From the NCBI GenBank assembly GCA_963825485.1, contig CAWGTK010000003.1, positions 1,429-65,428 on the forward strand: DNA of 64,000 nt. The letters are read 5' to 3'. This DNA is from an uncultured Actinomycetes bacterium (GTDB lineage Bacteria; Actinomycetota; Thermoleophilia; Solirubrobacterales; Solirubrobacteraceae). The translations under genes were made by a program, and so were the position numbers. The notes below the pieces were generated by a model that searched no databases, was not told where the DNA came from, and saw nothing but the letters and a program-made list of their open reading frames with translations. Shown here piece by piece: positions 54,262-63,630 of this stretch (the first letter of the stretch is position 1; each line of letters opens with the position of its first letter).

Positions 54262-55515
54262 ATGCGGGAGATCGTGAGCGAGGCAGGGCGCGCAGCGCAG
54301 CGCCGCCCGTCCGGCGACCGCTGGCGGCCGACGCACGCAACGCGGCCCTCGTGGCGCCACCGCGTCGCGCTGACGACCTGCGTGGCGCTGGGCATCATCC
54401 TGTTCGCGTCAGAAGCCGCGCCGGCGTTCACGCTCAAGCTCGTCTTCCCCGACGGCCAGCCGATGACCTACGGGACGGCGTGCAGCGGCGACGGCTGCCT
54501 GCAAGGCGGACAGATCCTCGGGTCCACCGACAGCAAGGGCGAGATCTCGCTGCCGGATGCGCCCGATCGCGTCATCGAGTTTCGCCGCGACGGCATCGAT
54601 CTCTCGCAGGTGGGCGAAGGCGTCGCCTCTGGCCGCCTGATGCCCACCGGCGCGCGGGCGACGGTCGTCCTGTCGCGGTTGCTGGTCGGCCACACGCCGG
54701 CGATCGATGCGGTCGAGACAGACATCGCGGCGCGCATCAACGAGGCGCGCCGCGCTCGCGGACTGCCCGCCGCCGTGCTCGAGGAGCGCCTCTCCCGGGC
54801 GGCGGACATGCAGGCCGCGTGGCTTGCCCGCAACAGCCTCGGCCATCCGCTGCCGGTCCTCTCGCACGTGGGCCAGTACGCCACCACGCTGGCGTTCCGC
54901 CTGGGCGCGGTCTCGTACGCCGAGCCGGCCGCCGGCTCGGAGCTCGCCGCGGCCGGCGCGTCGCCGACGGTGGCGCTCGAGGACTGGCTGGCTTCCGCGG
55001 CGCACCGCGACCCGATGCTGGCGCCCGGTCCGCAGCTGATCGGCGTCGCCCAGGTCGGCAGCGTCATCATCGTCGACATGCACCCGCCGTGCCACGGCTG
55101 CCCGCCGGCGACGCCGGCCCCCGGCGCCAGCGGTCCGCCGGCGCGCTCCGGCACCCCGGCGGCGCCGACCAACAGCGCCAGCAGCGGCAGCGGCGGCGGC
55201 GGCAACAGCGGCGGCGACGGGTCACGCGCCGCGTCGTGCGGCGCCGAGCAGCTGCGGGTCAAGCGCCTGCGCACCCGCCGGGGGCGCCTGCGCCTGAGCG
55301 TAGGTGTCGAATGCCTGCGGTCGGGCGCCAGCTACAAGCTGACGATCATGCAGCGCCCATCGCGTTCGATTCTCAGGACGCGCGCGATTCGGGGTGCCGG
55401 GACGATCCTGCTGGCGCTGCGCCCCTCGCGCACGACCCGCACGCTGCGCGTCAAGCTCAAGCGCAACGGCCGTGCCATCGCGGCACGCTCGATCACGCGC
55501 CGCTCATCGCGGTGA
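54262..55515 (+). CDS. Membrane-anchored CAP/SCP-domain protein with a Gly/Ser-rich linker and a basic C-terminal domain
   Basis: TM helix VALTTCVALGIILFA. CAP-like INEARRARGLPAAVLEERLSRAADMQAAWLA..WLASAAHRDPML. Start uncertain (track start 54148). Confidence 0.65.
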   Translation: MREIVSEAGRAAQRRPSGDRWRPTHATRPSWRHRVALTTCVALGIILFASEAAPAFTLKLVFPDGQPMTYGTACSGDGCLQGGQILGSTDSKGEISLPDAPDRVIEFRRDGIDLSQVGEGVASGRLMPTGARATVVLSRLLVGHTPAIDAVETDIAARINEARRARGLPAAVLEERLSRAADMQAAWLARNSLGHPLPVLSHVGQYATTLAFRLGAVSYAEPAAGSELAAAGASPTVALEDWLASAAHRDPMLAPGPQLIGVAQVGSVIIVDMHPPCHGCPPATPAPGASGPPARSGTPAAPTNSASSGSGGGGNSGGDGSRAASCGAEQLRVKRLRTRRGRLRLSVGVECLRSGASYKLTIMQRPSRSILRTRAIRGAGTILLALRPSRTTRTLRVKLKRNGRAIAARSITRRSSR

Positions 55516-55690
55516 CAGCCACTGCTCGCCGCAGAAGCTCGCCACCGGCTTGGCGTTGAGCGCGGCGGTCTCGTCGCGCATGCCCTGCCCGCGGGTGGCG
55601 GCCGGTTCGGCGTCGACGGGGCGAGGGCGAAACCGCAGCATCGGGTGAGATCAGCTTGCCCGCCGCGACGACGTTGCGCGGACTGGGTCG

Positions 55691-56128
55691 CTACGTCGGG
55701 AGCGCGTCGCGCTCGCGCTCCCATTCCGCGCGGGCGCGATCGAAGTCGCTCCACAGCTCGTCCGGCGGGCCCCCGGCGGGCTCCGGCGGCGCGGGCGGGT
55801 CGGGACGCTTGCGCGGACCGCCGCCACCGTCCTGGCCGTCGTCGTCATCCTCGCCGCGGCGCGTGAAGCGCGACGTCAGGCCGAGCCACAGGCAGCCGCT
55901 CACGACGACGAGCGCGACACATCCGGCGATCCCCGATTCGAACCAGCGGCCCATGAACGACAGCGTGATCGCCAGGCTCATCGTCAGGCCGCCGCCGCAC
56001 ACGAGCGCGCGGCGGGCCAAGCGCAGGCGCCGCGACGCGCCTTGGGCAATCGGCGTGAGGACGGCGAGCGCCAGGCTCAGCGCGACGACGTAGAGGACGG
56101 CGTTGAGGACGAGCACGATCACCGTCAT
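55691..56128 (-). CDS. Small 4-TM membrane protein with an acidic, Pro-rich tail
   Basis: GGGGGA SD; MTVIVLVLNAVLYVVALSLALAVL...; tail RRGEDDDDGQDGGGGPRKRPDPPAPPEP. Confidence 0.6.
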   Translation of the reverse strand: MTVIVLVLNAVLYVVALSLALAVLTPIAQGASRRLRLARRALVCGGGLTMSLAITLSFMGRWFESGIAGCVALVVVSGCLWLGLTSRFTRRGEDDDDGQDGGGGPRKRPDPPAPPEPAGGPPDELWSDFDRARAEWERERDALPT

Positions 56129-56250
56129 TGTGGTTCCCCCGCACGCCGGGCACAAATCCTCAGGACCCACGGCCGGCATGCTCACCGGAGATCGCCGGCG
56201 CGCGTCGACGGCCATCGCGTCGATGGCCCCGCCCCGGCTATGGTCGGCGG

Positions 56251-58029
56251 ATGACCGGCGCGGGGATGGAACCCGGCATCGAGCACGCGGCGTCGTCCGC
56301 CGTCTGGCTGCGCCACACCCTGGAGGAGATCCTCTCGCAGGTGCGCGTGCTGCTCGACGTCGACGGCTGCGCCTTTCAGACCGTGGACTGGGAGCGCGGC
56401 CACATCAGCCCCGCGGCGGCGTGGTTCGAGACGCCGGACATCCGGGCGGCCATGCAGCCCGTCCTCGACCGCCCGTACGACGCCGCCCGCGGCGGTGTGA
56501 CGGAGGCAGCCATCGAGCGCGGCGAGCCGCTGCTGATCAGCGACATCGAGGCGTGGGAGGGCGCGCCGGCGCTGCGCGCCCGGCTGCACGAGCAGCTCGA
56601 CGAGGCGGCTGCCGAGACCGCCTGGGCGTGGTACCGGACGTCGACGTTCGTCTCCTGCCCGGTGCAGACGGCGCTCGGGCGCACGCTCGGCGTGCTCGCG
56701 ATGTCCGCCGCGCCGCCGCGCCCGCCGTTGGGGCCCGAGCAGCTGCGGGTGACCGAGGTCTTCGCCGGGCTGGCGGCGCTCGCCTTGGAGCGCACGGAGC
56801 TGCTCGATCGCGAGGCGAGCCGGGCCGAGGTCGAGGAGCGGCTGCACAACGCCGCGCAGCTCATCACCGCCTCGCTGGACCTCGAGGCGGTCTACGGCGC
56901 GATCGTCGAACAGGCCGCGCTGCTGGCGAACGTCCCGACGGCGCTGCTGCTGCGCCTCGACGACGTGACGCAGACGCTGCGCTGCGTCGCGAGCACGGGG
57001 GCGTCGGACCGCCTCGTCAGCCATCGCTACGCGGTCGCCGAGGGGATGGTCGGCGCCGTCGCCACGCGAGGAGAGTCCTACGTCAGCCGCACCGAGGACC
57101 GCGGGCTCTTTCTGCCCTGGATCGAGCGCGAGGGCGTGCGCTCGTTCGCGCACGTCGCCCTCGAGCTCGGGCCGCGGCGCTTCGGGGTGCTGAGCGTCGC
57201 CCACCCCGAGGAGGGCGCGCTCGGCGACGAGAGCGTGGCGCTGCTGGAGTCGCTGGCCCGGCCGGCCGCCGCGGCGATCGCCAACGCGCTCGAGTTCCAG
57301 CACGAGCGGCGGATCGCCAGCGCGCTGACGCGCGGGTTCATCCCCGACGCGCCGCCCGAGCTCGAGGGCTTCTCGCTCGGCCTCGTCTACGCGCCGGTCG
57401 GCCAGGAGGTCTCCGGCGGCGACGTCTTCGGTGTGTGGCGCCAGCCCGACGGCGCGCTGGCCGTGCTCGTCGGCGACGTCAGCGGCAAGGGCATCGAGGT
57501 CGCGGCGATCAGCGCGATGGTGCGCTTCTTCATCGAGGCGCGCACGTGGGATGCCGACTGCCCGGCCGAGGTGCTCGCCCAGGCCAACGCGATCCTGCGC
57601 CGGCGCCTGCCGGGCGGCGTGGCGATGGTGACGGCGTTTCTCGGCGTCATCGACGGCGGCGTCCTGCGCTACGCCAACGCCGGCCACGTGCCGCCGCTCG
57701 TCGACGGCGGCGATGGCGATGGCGGCGGCGAGCTGCGCGAGCTACCCACCACCGGTCTGCCGCTGGGGGTCGACGACGACGTCGTCTACGAGGTGTGCGA
57801 GCTGGCGTTCGGACCCGGCGCGCTGCTCTTCGCGAGCACCGACGGGCTCGTCGAGGCACGCCGCGCCGGCGAGCTGTTCGGCCAGCAGCGCGTGTCGGCG
57901 CTGGTGAGCGCAAACGCCGGGACGCTCAGCACGCAGGCGCTCGTCGAGCTCGCCTACGCCGAGGCCGCGGCGTTCGCCGACGAGCTGACCGACGACATCG
58001 CGATCATCGCGCTGCGGCCGACCGCCTAG
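56251..58029 (+). CDS. GAF-GAF-PP2C (SpoIIE-type) serine phosphatase
   Basis: Two GAF-like segments, then PP2C VSGGDVFGV..VLVGDVSGKG..FASTDGLVEAR..DDIAIIALR. Confidence 0.85.
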   Translation: MTGAGMEPGIEHAASSAVWLRHTLEEILSQVRVLLDVDGCAFQTVDWERGHISPAAAWFETPDIRAAMQPVLDRPYDAARGGVTEAAIERGEPLLISDIEAWEGAPALRARLHEQLDEAAAETAWAWYRTSTFVSCPVQTALGRTLGVLAMSAAPPRPPLGPEQLRVTEVFAGLAALALERTELLDREASRAEVEERLHNAAQLITASLDLEAVYGAIVEQAALLANVPTALLLRLDDVTQTLRCVASTGASDRLVSHRYAVAEGMVGAVATRGESYVSRTEDRGLFLPWIEREGVRSFAHVALELGPRRFGVLSVAHPEEGALGDESVALLESLARPAAAAIANALEFQHERRIASALTRGFIPDAPPELEGFSLGLVYAPVGQEVSGGDVFGVWRQPDGALAVLVGDVSGKGIEVAAISAMVRFFIEARTWDADCPAEVLAQANAILRRRLPGGVAMVTAFLGVIDGGVLRYANAGHVPPLVDGGDGDGGGELRELPTTGLPLGVDDDVVYEVCELAFGPGALLFASTDGLVEARRAGELFGQQRVSALVSANAGTLSTQALVELAYAEAAAFADELTDDIAIIALRPTA

Positions 58030-58043
58030 CGGGCCCCGCCGCG

Positions 58044-58556
58044 TCAGCGGCGCGGGTCGGGCTGCGCGCGCGCCCACCACGGCAGCGCCGGCGCCGGGAA
58101 CTGCTCGAGCACCCACTCCGGTCCCAGCACCGGGCGCCGGTAGGAGCGACCGCCGACCCGCACGTAGTCGCCGGTGCGCGGATTCAGGGGCAGGTCGCGC
58201 TCGACGGGATACCAGTCGTTGTGCTGCTCGATGAGCAGGTTCAGATCGTCGAAGCGCCACGTCCCCGCCAGCTCGCGCCAGCGCGCGCCGAAGCGCTCGT
58301 CGTCGCCATCGCACTCGGCCTGCAGGGCGCGGTACGCGCGCTCCAGGCGGCGGCGTTCGCTGGCGATCCCGGCGTCGATGTCCGCCACGCGCTCCATCCA
58401 GCGCGGTCGCACGCCGGACTTCAGGTAGGCGTCGATCGACCGCTGGGTCTGGGCCGCGCGGCTCGACAGCGGCTTGCCCCTGCCGGTCGTCTCGTCGAGA
58501 TCGCGCGCCACGATGCGCTCCACCTGGGAGCGCTGGTCGTCGTCGTACTGACGCAT
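58044..58556 (-). CDS. Hypothetical protein with a DUF1992-like N-terminus
   Basis: ETTGRGKPL motif. No TM helix. Confidence 0.5.
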   Translation of the reverse strand: MRQYDDDQRSQVERIVARDLDETTGRGKPLSSRAAQTQRSIDAYLKSGVRPRWMERVADIDAGIASERRRLERAYRALQAECDGDDERFGARWRELAGTWRFDDLNLLIEQHNDWYPVERDLPLNPRTGDYVRVGGRSYRRPVLGPEWVLEQFPAPALPWWARAQPDPRR

Positions 58557-58578
58557 CGCCCGTTAAGGCTAGCTGCCG

Positions 58579-59529
58579 CTATTCGTAGACGACGAGGTCC
58601 GGCGGCGGGCGCAGCGCGAGCACCTGGGCCGGCGTCATGAGGTTCGTGTCCTCCTCGTAGAAGAGCTTGAAGCCGTTGTGAAAGCGGGTCAGCTCCGACG
58701 TGAACTGGTCGTACTTGGATTCCTTGTTGGAGCGGTCGCCGAAGCCGTCGACGTTCATCGTCAGGGCCAGCCCGAGGCGCTGCTGCACGCGATCCTTGCC
58801 CGCGATCATCGAGCTCGTGAACTGATGCACGACGAAGAGCTTGTCGGGCAGGTCGTGGTCGCTGACGAACGCCGACACGTAGGCCGACACCGCGTTGACC
58901 TCGTCGGCGGTCACCGAGCCGATGACCTTGCCGGGGACCTCGCCGGGCCCGACGTGCCACTCCGGATCGAGCGCGATGCCGACGTCGGGCTCCCGCAGCC
59001 AGCGCTCCAGGCGCCGTGCCTCGCTGAGGAAGTCCCCGCGGCCGGGCTGGATGTCGAGGATCAGCAGCGCCTTGGCGCGGCGCGCGGCGGCCAGGTAGCG
59101 GCCGATGACCTCGTCGGACTGGTGGATGCGGTACATGCCGTCGTCGCCTGGCGCCTCGGCGGCGATCGTCGAGATGAGCTCGAAGGCCGGCAGCACGGGC
59201 CGCGTCCGGCGCGCGTAGTCGCGCGCGACCCGGCGCAGCCGGGCGGCCGCCTCGGCGGGCGTGCCGATGCCCAGCGCGCCGAGCTGCCGGTCCTGCGGGG
59301 CGCCATAGAAGGCCACGACCCGGTAGTCGGGGAAGATCCGCCGCCCGCCACCGGGCAGCGCGGCGGTGCTGGCCGCGGCGGCGGGCTCGGCCTCGCCGTC
59401 GCCGCCGCCGACCGGGAGGTCGTCGGCGCCGCAGGATCTGACGGCCAGCACGCAGGCGAGCGCGACGCACGCGAGCACCGCGATCGCGGCCAGGCGCCGC
59501 CGGCGATAGGTCTCGATCGACTCGCCCAT
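58579..59529 (-). CDS. Membrane-anchored or secreted conserved hypothetical protein
   Basis: MGESIETYRRRRLAAIAVLACVALACVLAV anchor; ALLILDIQPGRGDF..GIALDPEWHV..FVVHQF. Confidence 0.6.
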   Translation of the reverse strand: MGESIETYRRRRLAAIAVLACVALACVLAVRSCGADDLPVGGGDGEAEPAAAASTAALPGGGRRIFPDYRVVAFYGAPQDRQLGALGIGTPAEAAARLRRVARDYARRTRPVLPAFELISTIAAEAPGDDGMYRIHQSDEVIGRYLAAARRAKALLILDIQPGRGDFLSEARRLERWLREPDVGIALDPEWHVGPGEVPGKVIGSVTADEVNAVSAYVSAFVSDHDLPDKLFVVHQFTSSMIAGKDRVQQRLGLALTMNVDGFGDRSNKESKYDQFTSELTRFHNGFKLFYEEDTNLMTPAQVLALRPPPDLVVYE

Positions 59530-59610
59530 CGCCCCATCCTGCCCACTGCGCCGGAGGACAAATGTGTGAGCGTCCTCCAGTATGGGTGCCGACCTGCCGA
59601 AGGAGGCCTT

Positions 59611-59886
59611 GTGCAGCACCGCTTCGAGCGCATCTCCATCCAGACTCCGCGCCACCGGATCGTCGGCGTCGCGACCCTCGCCAGCGACGGCTATCGCAGC
59701 CGGCTGTCCGATCTGCTCAACGCTCCCGAGCGCGACTTCATCCCGCTCACCGACGCGACCGTGACCGAGCTCGACGGCGATCACGAGGTAACCCAGCACG
59801 AGTTCATCGCCGTGCACCGCCAGCACGTCGTGTTCGCAGTGCCGCTCGGCGAGGTCGCCGAGCCCGCGGGCGGCGCCGTCGTCTGA
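59611..59886 (+). CDS. Small conserved hypothetical protein (91 aa)
   Basis: AAGGAGG SD 4 nt before GTG 59611. RIVGVATLASDGYRSRLSDLLNAPERDFIPLTDATV. Confidence 0.6.
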   Translation: MQHRFERISIQTPRHRIVGVATLASDGYRSRLSDLLNAPERDFIPLTDATVTELDGDHEVTQHEFIAVHRQHVVFAVPLGEVAEPAGGAVV

Positions 59887-59909
59887 CGAACCGCGGGCGC
59901 CGCGCCTCT

Positions 59910-60545
59910 TCAGCCCACGCGCACCTCCGGCGCGAGCCGGAAGGGCGCCACGAGCTCGAGCCGGTCGCCGCTCCAGAACGCACCGGGGTCATAGAAGCTC
60001 GCCGGACGCTTGGCCGGTAGCAGGCCCATCTGCTGGTAGGTCGTCGCGACGAGCTCCGCGCAGTAGATCGTCTCCAGCGGCGCGTTGGGCCGGCGCCGCA
60101 CGCGGCCGGTCACCCAGCGTCCGGCCAGGCTGAGCATCGTCGGAAAGGCCCGGCCGTCGAAGCGCTCGATGACCTCCATGAGCCGATCCTCGTGCTCGCG
60201 TTCGAGCGTGCCGCCGGTCAGCTGGCGCACCCAGCCGCGCTGGCCGTACTTCTGCGACCAGGTGGTGACCGCGTCCTCGAGGCGGTGCAGCTGCACGCCG
60301 CGCTGGCGCTCGCCGGTCCACACGTCGGGCAGCGAGCGGCCGAGCTCCGCGTGCCACAGCAGCGGCGGGAGATCGTCGATCGCGACGACCATGCCGACGT
60401 GGTTGACGGGGCTGTTGGTCACCGTCTGGATCGCGCGGTCGGCGATCGAGCGCCCGCGAAAGAGCCAGACGTCACCGGTCTGCGCGGCGGCGACCGCCTC
60501 GGCGAGGGAGAGCGAGCTGTCGGGCGCGGCGGGCTTGGGGGGCAC
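59910..60545 (-). CDS. YiiX/C92-like permuted papain-fold (NlpC/P60 superfamily) protein
   Basis: GDVWLFRGRSIADRAIQTVTNSPVNHVGMVV...IYCAELVATTY. GTG start at 60545. Confidence 0.65.
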   Translation of the reverse strand: MPPKPAAPDSSLSLAEAVAAAQTGDVWLFRGRSIADRAIQTVTNSPVNHVGMVVAIDDLPPLLWHAELGRSLPDVWTGERQRGVQLHRLEDAVTTWSQKYGQRGWVRQLTGGTLEREHEDRLMEVIERFDGRAFPTMLSLAGRWVTGRVRRRPNAPLETIYCAELVATTYQQMGLLPAKRPASFYDPGAFWSGDRLELVAPFRLAPEVRVG

Positions 60546-60565
60546 GGCCCCTAACCTACGCGTCG

Positions 60566-60766
60566 ATGCGGCCACGCTGGAAGCTGCTGGGTCTGGCCGG
60601 TGCGGCGGGCGTCGCCGCCACCGGCGTCGTCGTCGCGCGCAAGCGCCGCGCCCACGTCGAGCTCGAGCCCGACGAGCTGCGCGAGCGGCTGCGGGCGCGC
60701 CTGGCCGAGGTGCCGCGTTTGGATGACGGCCCGGGCGCGGGCCCGCCGCCGTCGGTCGGCGTCTGA
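60566..60766 (+). CDS. Small single-TM protein
   Basis: MRPRWKLLGLAGAAGVAATGVVVARKRR... Confidence 0.35.
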   Translation: MRPRWKLLGLAGAAGVAATGVVVARKRRAHVELEPDELRERLRARLAEVPRLDDGPGAGPPPSVGV

Positions 60767-60798
60767 CGCGCACCGGCGGCCCGGCTACGCTTCCGGGT

Positions 60799-61068
60799 AT
60801 GTGCCGAAACATCCGCACCCTCCACAACTTCGAGCCGCCGGCGACCGAGGACGAGGTCCGCGCCGCCGCGCTGCAGTACGTCCGCAAGATCAGCGGCTCC
60901 GCGAAGCCGTCGGCGGCCAACGCCGAGGCGTTCGCGCTCGCCGTCGACGCCGTGACGGCGGCGTCGGCGCAGTTGCTCGACGCGCTCGTGACGACGGCGC
61001 CGCCGAAGGACCGCGAGGTCGAGGCCGCCAAGGCGCGGGCCCGCGCCGCGCAGCGGTACGCGGCGTAG
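60799..61068 (+). CDS. DUF2277-family protein
   Basis: MCRNIRTLHNFEPPATEDEVRAAALQYVRKISG is the family's hallmark N-terminus. Confidence 0.85.
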   Translation: MCRNIRTLHNFEPPATEDEVRAAALQYVRKISGSAKPSAANAEAFALAVDAVTAASAQLLDALVTTAPPKDREVEAAKARARAAQRYAA

Positions 61069-61094
61069 CCGAGTCCGCTCGCACCGGTCGGCGC

Positions 61095-61457
61095 TTGCGG
61101 GGGCGCCGCGGCGCGACGCCCCTGGGCTTTCCCTTTCCCTGCAGCCTCTGCGACGCCGTCGCCGGGACGGCCTGGATGGAGAGCGACCGGCAGGTCGCGC
61201 GCGTGCGCTTCAACTGCCGCCTGTGGCTCGCCGTGGAGCGCCGCCAGCTGCGCCCGCTGCGGGCGGCGCTGCGCGAGGCCGACCCCGCCGCGCTGTACGC
61301 CGTCGACGTGGAGCTCGCGCCGTTCTGGTGCCCGCGATGCGAGGCGTCGTACGACGGCGCGTCCTGGCCGCGCTGGTCGGTCTTCCACGATGACGTCTGG
61401 CACGACTCGTCCCGCGGCCGCTGCCCGCACGGCCACGAGCGGATGCTCATGGGCTGA
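61095..61457 (+). CDS. Cys/His-rich putative zinc-ribbon protein
   Basis: CSLC...CPRC...CPHGH. A TTG at 61095 is the only start upstream of the first CxxC. Confidence 0.4.
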   Translation: MRGRRGATPLGFPFPCSLCDAVAGTAWMESDRQVARVRFNCRLWLAVERRQLRPLRAALREADPAALYAVDVELAPFWCPRCEASYDGASWPRWSVFHDDVWHDSSRGRCPHGHERMLMG

Positions 61458-61462
61458 CGGCT

Positions 61463-61747
61463 TCAGTCCTGCTCCTCGCTGAGCCGCAGCGCCGCGTGCA
61501 GGTCGGCCAGCACGCGGTCGCTCATCGCGCCGAGCAGCGCCGTCGCCGCGCGGACCTCAGCGATGCCCGCCGCGGCGGCGACCGGAGCTACCGTGCCGAC
61601 GAGCATCTCGAAGAGCACCTCGACCTGGTCTTCGCCCGCGAACGCATTCTCCGGCAGCTCGTCGAGCAGGTCGCCGACGAGCGTGCTGAGCATCACCCCC
61701 GTGCGCAGCGCCTGCTCGGTGAGAGCGCGGACAGCGTCGGCATCCAT
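61463..61747 (-). CDS. Small acidic helical hypothetical protein
   Basis: MDADAVRALTEQALRTGVMLSTLVGDLLDELPENAF... Confidence 0.45.
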   Translation of the reverse strand: MDADAVRALTEQALRTGVMLSTLVGDLLDELPENAFAGEDQVEVLFEMLVGTVAPVAAAAGIAEVRAATALLGAMSDRVLADLHAALRLSEEQD

Positions 61748-61839
61748 GCCCTCCCAAGTGCGCGGCGCACGCAGATTCGCCCCCCGCGGACCCCACGAGC
61801 GCGCCGCAGCACGTCGCCTTCGGCCCCGGTGCGGCGTAC

Positions 61840-62064
61840 GTGGCCAGCGGGGAGGGGCGCTCGCTGACGGTCCACGCGCTCGACGACGGGCGCGTGCGGC
61901 GGCGCGCCGCCGTCCCGCCGGGCTCCTACAACGTCGCGCGCGGGCCGGCGGGCGTGCTCACGCCGTCGCTCGGCTCCGGCGCGCTGACCGTGCTCGACGG
62001 CGCCGGGCGCGTGCGCTGGGCGGTGACGATCGCCGGCGCCGCGCACGACGCCTGCCTGCTCTGA
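61840..62064 (+). pseudogene. C-terminal fragment of a YVTN-type beta-propeller protein
   Basis: In frame: PQHVAFGPGAAYVASGEGRSLTVHALDDGRV...PPGSYNVARGPAGVLTPSLGSGALTVLD. Only about 90 codons, with no N-terminal body. Confidence 0.4.
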
Positions 62065-62104
62065 GTCGCGCCTCGGGGGCGGGGCGGCCTGCGAGGATCG
62101 GGGG

Positions 62105-62356
62105 ATGAGCCGGCGCGATCTCGCCCATGTCCTCGACGTCCTGTGGCAGCGCTCGGGCGGCGAGGCGGGCGTCGGCGTGATCGTGGCCGACATCGACGCC
62201 GCGATCGGCCGCGGGCACGACGACATGCGCACGCCGCTGAACCTGCAGTCGCTGGCGGCCGACGGGCGCGCCGTCCGCCTCGACGACGGCCGCTGGGCGC
62301 TCACGCCCGATGGCGTCGCGTGGGTCGAGCAGGACCGCGACCTCTCCGATCGCTAG
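62105..62356 (+). CDS. Small hypothetical protein (possible winged helix)
   Basis: MSRRDLAHVLDVLWQRSGGEAGVGVIVADIDAAIG... Confidence 0.45.
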   Translation: MSRRDLAHVLDVLWQRSGGEAGVGVIVADIDAAIGRGHDDMRTPLNLQSLAADGRAVRLDDGRWALTPDGVAWVEQDRDLSDR

Positions 62357-62969
62357 TGGTCGTCGCCGGGGGTGGTGATGGTTCGCGGCCCGCGCGAATG
62401 ATTCGCCACACCGCTGCCGAAACGTGCACCAGCACGCCGCGTCGGGTCGTGTCGGGGGAACCGTCAGCCGGTCGGCGGCTCCCCGTCGCGCCGGCGGTCG
62501 GCCTCCGCGACGAACGCCTCGACGCGGGCGCCGCGAGGGAGGTTCTGGCGCACGCTGGGCGTCGCCGCCTCCTCGATCGTTCGTGATCGGCCGGTCGTCC
62601 TCCATGCGCAGCGGCGCCATCAGCCGCGGCCCGGCGCGTCGGTGCGCTCGTCGACGGCCTCCTTGACGTGGCTCACCGCCCGCCCGGCGTTCGCCGCGGC
62701 GACCGCCTTGGCCCTCTCGGCCGCCTCGAGCGCTTCGCGCGCACTCTGTCGGACAGGCTCATGGGCGGCCGCTCGAGCTGTCGCGGGGCGTCATCCGTAC
62801 GGCAGCGGCCCGGGTGGGCCGCCTCGATCATCCGTGCCGTGCCGGGGAGATCGGGCGCGAGCGCCGCAACTAGCGACGCGAGCGTCTCGTGCAGCCGCTC
62901 GCCCGTGGTCACGCTCTGCGCGGCGGTTCTCCTCGACGAGGATGATCCAGCCGGCGACCGGACGTGACG

Positions 62970-63630
62970 CGAGCAGCCCCTCCACGCCCGACAGCGCCGG
63001 CGGCTCGCCGTCCAACTACGCGAGGGTCGACCGGACCGCGGGCTCGATTGGATCGAAACCAGTTCCAACCTCATCCGCAACGCGACTGCCACGACCGACG
63101 ACCGCCTCTCGGCTATCCGAAACGCCCTTGCCGATACGGCCTCCAACGGCTCACCTCTGCCGTGGAGGCTTGGGTACGATCAGGCATCCCGTGCTCGTGC
63201 GGCGCTCGGCTTGGCCCCGGCCGAGCTGATGAACCCTGCGGAGCTCATGTCCGTGCGTAGATCGGCCGTCTCAGATCGGGGATTGCAGGGGCTCGGGGGC
63301 GGATCGGAGACGCACTCGCCGACATTGGTTCTCGGGCGGTCGCCGCCTCTCGAGTCTACGACGCGATTCGCATCAGCCCGGGCACTCTGGCATTTCGTTA
63401 GCCATCCGCAACGCGAGCGATTCCTGCTGACGCCAACTCGCACCGACGTCCCCCGCATCGAACGCGCGTTTGCAGCAGAACTGCTCGCTCCCGCCGCGGG
63501 GTTGCGAGAGCAGTTCATCGACGCGCCGGGTGCTGCCACGGACGACGACCTCGACGCTGCTGCCGCGCACTACCACGTCTCGCCACTGCTGATCCGGCAT
63601 CAGATCGACAACCAACTGCTCGCTACGTAG
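62970..63630 (+). pseudogene. ImmA/IrrE (DUF955)-like gene with a degenerate metal motif and no canonical start for its N-terminal part
   Basis: The open frame begins after the TGA near 62966: ...DDRLSAIRNALADTAS..YDQASRARAALGL...RFASARALWHFVSH (in place of HExxH)...ERAFAAELLAP..HYHVSPLLIRHQI. The first ATG/GTG/TTG is the TTG at 63211. Confidence 0.45.

Noticed and set aside
60600-61457. 285-aa plus-strand ORF spanning DUF2277 and the zinc-ribbon region
   Set aside because: Its first two-thirds is an Arg/Ala-rich shadow of other frames (DUF2277 is in a different frame). Only the C-terminal Cys/His-rich ~120 codons look like protein.
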